This document shows positions 16,093-22,219 of a stretch of 22,219 nt of DNA, one piece after another. Position 1 is the first letter of the stretch; each line of letters starts with the position of its first letter. Made by a program: the position numbers and the translations under genes. This DNA is from Promethearchaeota archaeon (GTDB lineage Archaea > Asgardarchaeota > Lokiarchaeia > Sigyniarchaeales > SOKP01), in NCBI GenBank assembly GCA_016930515.1, contig JAFGGO010000155.1:1-22219 (forward strand), written 5' to 3'. Below the pieces are notes generated by a model that made no database searches, was not told where the DNA came from, and saw only the letters and a list, made by a program, of their open reading frames with translations.

Positions 16093-16842
16093 ATGAAAAT
16101 CCTCATACTGACTGATGGAAAATACGGCGATCGAGCGGTAAAAGTAATAAAGAAGAAATTTCCTGAAACAAGCCTCGTTACAGTCAAAGAGGAGGACGCT
16201 TCAATGATCTTGGATTATGTTGAACTCGAACCAGAAGTAGAAATAGCAATTGAAGGAGCAGATCTCATTATTGCCTACGTGCGACACCCAGATGTCGTAA
16301 GCGAAATTTGTTCCAGACAAAAACCCACCATTCTCCCCATTGATTTTGGAGAGGGTTTTCTAAATCAAGAGAGAAATACTAATCCACGCATAGTAATGCC
16401 AATAAGCATGTGCAATGCTCTTCCAAACACGGGAATTCAAGAAATCGACAACTATTTTAACAAATTTGGAATGCCTATTTACAATGTAAAAGTAGATTTT
16501 ACGAATAATAATAAGCCGATCGTTAAAGAGGCTACGTTATCGGTAGAAAGCCCATGTGGGGCCTCATTTGTGAGCCTTGATTTCATTCTGGGTAAGGAAC
16601 TATCCGTTGGAACTCTTAACTCATTTGCAATAAATGTTAGACAAGAATGCAGGGAACCCGTATCTTTCCTTCTTTCTCACAACGATATGAGCGAGTCTTC
16701 CGCAGCACTTCATTTAATAAATCTATTAAAGGCAATCGAAAAAGTGGCTCCATCACTTTTCAAACCAGGCACAAGCATCGGAGAATATGCAAAACAAAGA
16801 AGGGAAGAATTCAATACAAAGAACTTAAAACACTTGTTTTAA
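16093..16842 (+). CDS. DUF166 family protein
   Basis: GKYGDRA, HPD, P..MC, FG.P and SPCGAS motifs recalled for this archaeal family. Confidence 0.7.
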   Translation: MKILILTDGKYGDRAVKVIKKKFPETSLVTVKEEDASMILDYVELEPEVEIAIEGADLIIAYVRHPDVVSEICSRQKPTILPIDFGEGFLNQERNTNPRIVMPISMCNALPNTGIQEIDNYFNKFGMPIYNVKVDFTNNNKPIVKEATLSVESPCGASFVSLDFILGKELSVGTLNSFAINVRQECREPVSFLLSHNDMSESSAALHLINLLKAIEKVAPSLFKPGTSIGEYAKQRREEFNTKNLKHLF

Positions 16843-16848
16843 AGAAAT

Positions 16849-17778
16849 TCATCTAAAATATTGTTCGTCTAGTCCTAATTGCTTTAAATATATATTAAAC
16901 TTTCCTAATTTTCCACCGTAATTTCCCGCAGATATTTTAACTAATCCATTTATGTCTATTAGTCCCTGAATAACGGTTTTCATGGTATTTTTAATTGTAT
17001 CAAGGTCTAAGGCGTTAAAAACGAGTTCGGGGATCGAAAATACCCCCTCTGGAACCTTAAATTCTTTAGAAGATAACCTATTTCTCAAAGTGGGACAAAA
17101 TGAGTGGTTTGTAGAAGGGCCAATTTCAGGATATTTCGCGTTTAGGGGCACGGGTTTCGATCCCGCAGAACACACATCAAAGGTGGTGCATACATCGTTT
17201 ATTTCCGCCATAATTTTTACTCCTTCCCTTCCTATTTTAATTCCAGAGCTAACTGAATCGCAAAATAACCATAAATTTCCACCCATTACGCCTTTGTCAT
17301 AAGATATTGCTTGCTCGATCAAAAAATCAGCGCCCATCATTATGGGAACATTAATTAGGGTGCGTCCGTATTCGTGTACTATCCATTCGTATCCATCCCC
17401 GCAATGACCTACATTTTCCATTACATCAAATTTAGCTTCAGTTAATCTTGGAAAATAATCAAAAACCGCTGTAGTGGGAACGACTAGAATTCCCTGTCTC
17501 ATCCTTCTTCCAAATTGTTCGTAGAACTTGCTAATTGCTTTCTTACCCGTTCCAGTTACCCATAATTGCACGATAGCTCCAATTCTTCCGTCGATAGTCT
17601 CAGTTTTCGGAAGCCAACGCACCACACCTCCTTCTGCATCTCCAAAGACGGTAGAAGGAAGTGATGTAAAGGACTGAACGGCTCGATTTAAGAATTGTTC
17701 GTCACTAGCGGTTACTTGCAATTGAACTACTAATCCTTCAAATGCCTCGCAATAAGTATCTTCGATAAATGCGCCCAA
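16849..17778 (-). CDS. ftr: Formylmethanofuran--tetrahydromethanopterin N-formyltransferase
   Basis: IEDTYCEAF, T.DGR.G, PTTAVF, GGN, SAGSK, STNH.FCPTLR, ISAGNYGGKLG. Confidence 0.93.
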   Translation of the reverse strand: MGAFIEDTYCEAFEGLVVQLQVTASDEQFLNRAVQSFTSLPSTVFGDAEGGVVRWLPKTETIDGRIGAIVQLWVTGTGKKAISKFYEQFGRRMRQGILVVPTTAVFDYFPRLTEAKFDVMENVGHCGDGYEWIVHEYGRTLINVPIMMGADFLIEQAISYDKGVMGGNLWLFCDSVSSGIKIGREGVKIMAEINDVCTTFDVCSAGSKPVPLNAKYPEIGPSTNHSFCPTLRNRLSSKEFKVPEGVFSIPELVFNALDLDTIKNTMKTVIQGLIDINGLVKISAGNYGGKLGKFNIYLKQLGLDEQYFR

Positions 17779-18006
17779 ATTATCAACATCTTTTATTATT
17801 GAGTTTTAACTAATTTAGAAGAATAATAAATATTTATTATTTACTTATAAGCTTGAAACATATCTATTCCAACTAATTGCAAATAAATCCCCATCAATTA
17901 GCTTAGAAAATGAATTTATAATAAGTATAATATAAAACAAATCATTTATTTAGATCAATAATAATATTAACACATATGGTAATTACAATCGGTAAGTAAC
18001 AACATC

Positions 18007-18936
18007 ATGTCTCCTAACGCAGTTTTTTTGTACGAAATTGATAAGTCATTTGGTCCGAACCTCATTGCAGAGTTCAACTTGACTAAAACGAAGATTTCAA
18101 AAGATTTTTTAATTGAATTAGCTAAAAAACACGTTGAAAAAGAATTAACAGATGCCACCGTCGTGAAGGACGATATAAAAGGCTATTCTAGCAAGATAGA
18201 AGGAGAATCTATAAAGAAAGATAACCTTTATCTTGGATTCATAATGAAAGACGAAGAAGAGTTAATATCATTGAAGAGCTTGGTTGAAAAAATGGAATCA
18301 AATGTGATTGAAAATTACTCCACTGATAAAAACAAACTAACTCAAGTTCTCAAACAAAATCTCACTTCTATCTTGGGTTTAATGGAAAGACTGAAAGAAC
18401 CAAAACTGATTGTTGAAACTATTAACGAAAAAACGAAAAAAATGCTTGACGATGGTAAGATACAAGAAGCCCGAGAATTAATTGATCTAGGAGAGAAAGT
18501 TCCCGAAAAATTAGCAGCAGAAATGAAACTAGCAGAAGAACTTTTTAAAGCAAAAGAGTTTAAAAAAGCCAAGAAAAGTTTCGAAAAAGCAGCAGATTTA
18601 GCAGCGCAAATACAAGAAGACGAGATCGTATCTTTTTTAAAAAATAAGGGCGAACAAGTAGGAACCTATCCAGATTTGCTCAAGGAGAGAGAAACCATAA
18701 CGAGAGAAATGAAGAAAGTTTTTATTGATTTAAGTGGAGCTGAATTATTTAAAAATACTTACGAAAAAATAATGCCTTCCGTCGAGAAAATTGTTAGTAT
18801 TTCCAATAACTTGGAAGACGAGAAAGCGGTCGAAATTTTTAACGAATTACGAAAGAACGCAAGAGAAGCATCAGAACTTGCAAAGAAATTATATTTACTC
18901 GATAAAACGATAAAAAGACTCTTGTTAAAATTTTAA
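18007..18936 (+). CDS. Hypothetical protein with longin/uDENN-like N-terminus and helical C-terminus
   Basis: N-terminal beta-hairpin AVFLYEIDKSFGPNLIAEF, helix, beta strands, then K/E-rich helices. Confidence 0.6.
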   Translation: MSPNAVFLYEIDKSFGPNLIAEFNLTKTKISKDFLIELAKKHVEKELTDATVVKDDIKGYSSKIEGESIKKDNLYLGFIMKDEEELISLKSLVEKMESNVIENYSTDKNKLTQVLKQNLTSILGLMERLKEPKLIVETINEKTKKMLDDGKIQEARELIDLGEKVPEKLAAEMKLAEELFKAKEFKKAKKSFEKAADLAAQIQEDEIVSFLKNKGEQVGTYPDLLKERETITREMKKVFIDLSGAELFKNTYEKIMPSVEKIVSISNNLEDEKAVEIFNELRKNAREASELAKKLYLLDKTIKRLLLKF

Positions 18937-19084
18937 AAATTTATTTATATAGATTTTTTCTAGTGTTAGAATGCGATTATTTATTTGCTTTTTTTAGAGT
19001 GTAGTTATTTTTAATTTCTCTTTATGAAATTTAAATTAAAAAATTATGAAAAGTAATAAAAATAAATAAATAAATAAAAATTTA

Positions 19085-20884
19085 TTATTGATTTTCTTGG
19101 TCTGCACCTTCCCCTTCAACTATGGGAGGAACATAATCACCGATATCAGAAAATATAATTTTTGCTATTTCCCATCCTTCCCTCGAAGGATTTTTCATTG
19201 CACTCATAATGAGTTCTTCACCTTGATCGTTATCTAGTTCAACCTTGTGAATTTCAGGAGTATTGTTCAAGATGAGTTCGAATTTAGCGCCACTACTTCC
19301 TTTAGGCGTGATTAAAATACCCTGATCGATTGCTTTTTCGTTCATTGCATCTTTCAGTCGCTTCGCTGCGTAATAACCGGCAACTCCAGCACTTCTATCG
19401 AACGATTTACACGAAGGGATTACCATGCCCCATTTTACATTGTCATATACCACCAAAGCGGCAAGTGTTTGGGATTTTTTTCCAATCTTAAACTTAAATT
19501 CCATCTCGTGTTTGAATTTTTTTCCTTTTTCTTCACCAATCTTAATGATGCATTTTAAAGCCGCTCCAGCGACACTCTGAGGATTAACATTGATATTATA
19601 TACTTCTTCATTTAAAATGTCTTCGATCGTCGCTTTGGCTTCTCTTGGTTTCGAGAAATCCACGATTTCTTCGGCTTCAACAGGGGGTTTCGCCGTAGCA
19701 ACAATATCAACGCCTGCTTTCATCAGTTCGTCCACACTCATTTCTTCCATCACGATCATATCAATAAAACGCTTGCATAATTTTATGGAATTTCTCTGAT
19801 TTCCCTTGGTTTTATCGAAAATCATTTCTATGAGCTTTTCGTTGAGAGGGAACAATGGATACAGGGGAGGACTTAGATTATTGTCGTCCCAAAAGACTTC
19901 CATAGATTTGGAAAAGAATATTTTCAAATCATTAAGACTAAATGGTTTTAATTCTTGCTCGGGTTCCATCCTGCTTCTCAACGGGTCATCAGAAATTTCT
20001 AATATCCTTGGCCAAATTTCTTTTAGAATTGCTATAACGATGACTAATCCCTTCACTTCGTTATAAAGTCTTTTTAGTATTTCCAACAACTTTCTTTCGG
20101 CTACTTCGCCATGCATTCGGAAGGGCGATTCAAGCTCGTCAAAATAAAGGATGAGAACGCGATCAATGTTTTCCGTTATAATTTTTATCATTGCGAGACA
20201 AATATCATCTTCTTCAATGACAGAATTGATTCCAAGCTCGTTTAATTCCTCTGGTTCTAAATCTTCCCCTAAAAGCCATCGTTCAGCCAGAGCTCTTTTG
20301 GATTTATCTAATTGATAAGAGACGAGTGCTTTCACGCAATCTGCAAAAACACCTGGAAATTCTCGAATGCCAGTCTGAATGATTTCCTCGATCTTAGGCT
20401 TCTGAAATATTCCTTTTTTTACACCGCCCCATTTTTCAACCAACTTTCCGGACACCATGTCCAAAATTTCGGGACCAACTTCCTCTATGATACATGTGTA
20501 CACGTGAAGAAGCACGCGAATACTGGCAGGAGGACTGGGGACATATATGATAGTCCAATTCACGGGTTCGACTTGTCCAACCTCAATTTCTTCCGTTTGC
20601 TCTAATTTTTTACGGTTTTCAATTTCTCTATCTTTAAAACTCCAGAAAGCGTGCGTTTTTCCGGTTCCAGCAGAACCAATTATGGGAATGAGCCTTGAAG
20701 ATTGGTCTCTCCCGGTTTGTTTAACTAAACGATAGATCTCCTTGTCTATCACTCCTCGAGGGCGCGATACATCTATACGATCCCTAATATCCCCTCTCGC
20801 CACGAAGTTGCTAAAGGGCATGATAGGAGCCTCTCGAAGCACATCAAGATACATTAACTTCTCATCTTCATTTAAATCTTGCAT
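19085..20884 (-). CDS. P-loop/AAA+ ATPase (BrxD/DUF2791-like features) with extra C-terminal domain
   Basis: Walker A GSAGTGKT, Walker B LILYFDELE, RWLLGE, PLRSR (Arg finger-like), GNQR (sensor-2-like). Confidence 0.8.
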   Translation of the reverse strand: MQDLNEDEKLMYLDVLREAPIMPFSNFVARGDIRDRIDVSRPRGVIDKEIYRLVKQTGRDQSSRLIPIIGSAGTGKTHAFWSFKDREIENRKKLEQTEEIEVGQVEPVNWTIIYVPSPPASIRVLLHVYTCIIEEVGPEILDMVSGKLVEKWGGVKKGIFQKPKIEEIIQTGIREFPGVFADCVKALVSYQLDKSKRALAERWLLGEDLEPEELNELGINSVIEEDDICLAMIKIITENIDRVLILYFDELESPFRMHGEVAERKLLEILKRLYNEVKGLVIVIAILKEIWPRILEISDDPLRSRMEPEQELKPFSLNDLKIFFSKSMEVFWDDNNLSPPLYPLFPLNEKLIEMIFDKTKGNQRNSIKLCKRFIDMIVMEEMSVDELMKAGVDIVATAKPPVEAEEIVDFSKPREAKATIEDILNEEVYNINVNPQSVAGAALKCIIKIGEEKGKKFKHEMEFKFKIGKKSQTLAALVVYDNVKWGMVIPSCKSFDRSAGVAGYYAAKRLKDAMNEKAIDQGILITPKGSSGAKFELILNNTPEIHKVELDNDQGEELIMSAMKNPSREGWEIAKIIFSDIGDYVPPIVEGEGADQENQ

Positions 20885-21253
20885 GGGTTTTCCTTCACCA
20901 TTAGCTTTTTTTTTTTATTTTCATACATGTATTTTTTCGTGTTTTTTGTTTTTTTAAACCACGCTTATTAAATAATTAATCGCTTTATGTTATTAAATGT
21001 ACCTAAAATAACGAATCACTTTAAGTTTATTGAGGAGGGAACGCTTTTGTCCGTTTTATTAAAAATTATAATATCTCATTTTAACAAGTGTAATATATAT
21101 TTTGAATAATTTTTTTTATCTAATCCCAAATTACTGAATAAAATTTTAATAACATCGTACTTATGCTTCATTTGAGGATAGCATTTTTTACATGTAATTT
21201 TATTGTGCTTGTTTTATACATAATTTAAAATTTAAAAAAAAGTGGATAATATT

Positions 21254-21889
21254 ATGCCTAGAGATGACGAACAAGACGACGACGACGACGAGGAAGAAAA
21301 AGATTTTGAGAATCCTTTTGATTTTTCCAATATATTTAATAACGAAATGTTCAAGTCAAAAGAATTCCAGAAGATATTCAAGGAAGTTTACAAGAAAATA
21401 TCCGAATTTCTTCCTCAATTTCAGAACCTCGATCCAGAAGAAATCCAAAAATGGTTCACAAAAAATCAATCCAAGCTATTTAAAGGGAATCCTTTTGTTG
21501 CTGGATTTAATATAAACTTCAAACCAGATGGTACACCCATTATTGAACAATTTGGAAATCTAAAACCTACTAGAGGTGTTGGAGGCGAAGTAAAGCTCGA
21601 TCCCGCAAATACTAGGGAACCATTGGTTGATATCAATGAAGAAGAAAAACAATTAATAGTCATTGCAGAAATGCCTGGCGTGGTCAAGGAAGATATTGAA
21701 TTGAAAGCAACAAGTCATTCCTTAACGATCTCAACTAAGGAAAGTAAAAACAGCCGTAAATATTATAAGGAAATAGAGTTACCATGTCCTATAAATTCTG
21801 ATTATGCAAAAGCACGTTATCAAAATGGACTGCTCGAAGTAAAGCTCAAAAAAATAACAGAAAAACAAACAAATATTTCTATTGATTAG
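21254..21889 (+). CDS. hsp20: Archaeal small heat shock protein Hsp20
   Basis: PFVAGF.I...PDG.P.I.QFGN, REPLVD, AEMPGV.KEDI, A.Y.NGLLEV, C-terminal IxI; ATG 21254 preferred over GTG 21242. Confidence 0.93.
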   Translation: MPRDDEQDDDDDEEEKDFENPFDFSNIFNNEMFKSKEFQKIFKEVYKKISEFLPQFQNLDPEEIQKWFTKNQSKLFKGNPFVAGFNINFKPDGTPIIEQFGNLKPTRGVGGEVKLDPANTREPLVDINEEEKQLIVIAEMPGVVKEDIELKATSHSLTISTKESKNSRKYYKEIELPCPINSDYAKARYQNGLLEVKLKKITEKQTNISID

Positions 21890-21945
21890 AAATATAACCC
21901 AAATAAAAATCATATTTAAAAAGGTTTTAAAAAAGTTAAATATGA

Positions 21946-22218
21946 TTACATGGAAGCAATGTTTAGATTATTCCTTGAGCTTTTATAAAGAACTTCACAT
22001 TCTCTCTCACTTATCTCTTTTTGCAATGCCTCGTTTACTTTTAAGACATCGATATCTTTAATATCGGCAAAGAGCGCCGGAACTGTAGTAATATAGATAT
22101 CGTCCCTGAACTCGTGTCCAATTACTTTTTCTAGTTTCAATTTTACAACCCCGTGAGTTTTATTAACAAGTAAGAAATGTAAGATATTATTAGAAAAGAG
22201 ATATAAAAAGTACGAATA
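21946..22218 (-). CDS. 3' end of a hypothetical CDS truncated by the window edge
   Basis: The 64-aa ORF frame stays open upstream of TTG 22140 to the window end (YSYFLYLFSNNILHFLLVNKTHGVVK-LEKV...). Confidence 0.65.
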   Translation of the reverse strand, partial: YSYFLYLFSNNILHFLLVNKTHGVVKLKLEKVIGHEFRDDIYITTVPALFADIKDIDVLKVNEALQKEISERECEVLYKSSRNNLNIASM

Positions 22219-22219
22219 T

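Noticed and set aside
21267-21300. GAC trinucleotide repeat
   Set aside because: Simply encodes the acidic N-terminus of Hsp20
462-21687. Many 60-140 aa ORFs overlapping or antisense to the called genes (e.g. 6011-6382, 10044-10472, 16982-17302, 20312-20605)
   Set aside because: Shadow ORFs of well-supported genes with no recognisable motifs
1-22219. CRISPR arrays, tRNA/rRNA genes, IS elements
   Set aside because: No regularly spaced repeats, cloverleaf/T-loop motifs or transposase ORFs were seen

Overview
AT-rich archaeal window, most consistent with an Asgard (Lokiarchaeia-like) genome. Supporting this are Ftr, an archaeal Hsp20, a longin-like protein, a calmodulin and a C/D-box sRNA. Gene content: ABC-2 transporter pair, hisS, a TPR protein, a minus-strand trp operon (trpD-trpC-trpF-trpB-[calmodulin-like]-trpA, no trpE/G in the window), DUF1801, two tandem 7TM paralogs, TetR, transglutaminase-like, DUF166, ftr, longin-like protein, P-loop ATPase, Hsp20 and an edge-truncated CDS. 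Three things stand out, the first and third missing from the ORF track. (1) An 18-aa Trp-rich leader ORF (MTISFANHFGWQWPWRWQ) upstream of trpD with overlapping alternative hairpins and U-tracts, a candidate ribosome-mediated trp attenuator in an archaeon. (2) A 149-aa four-EF-hand protein colinear with eukaryotic calmodulin, lying between trpB and trpA. (3) A C/D-box guide sRNA whose D guide is complementary to the 23S sarcin-ricin loop. All homology calls come from motif recognition by eye, with no database searches.
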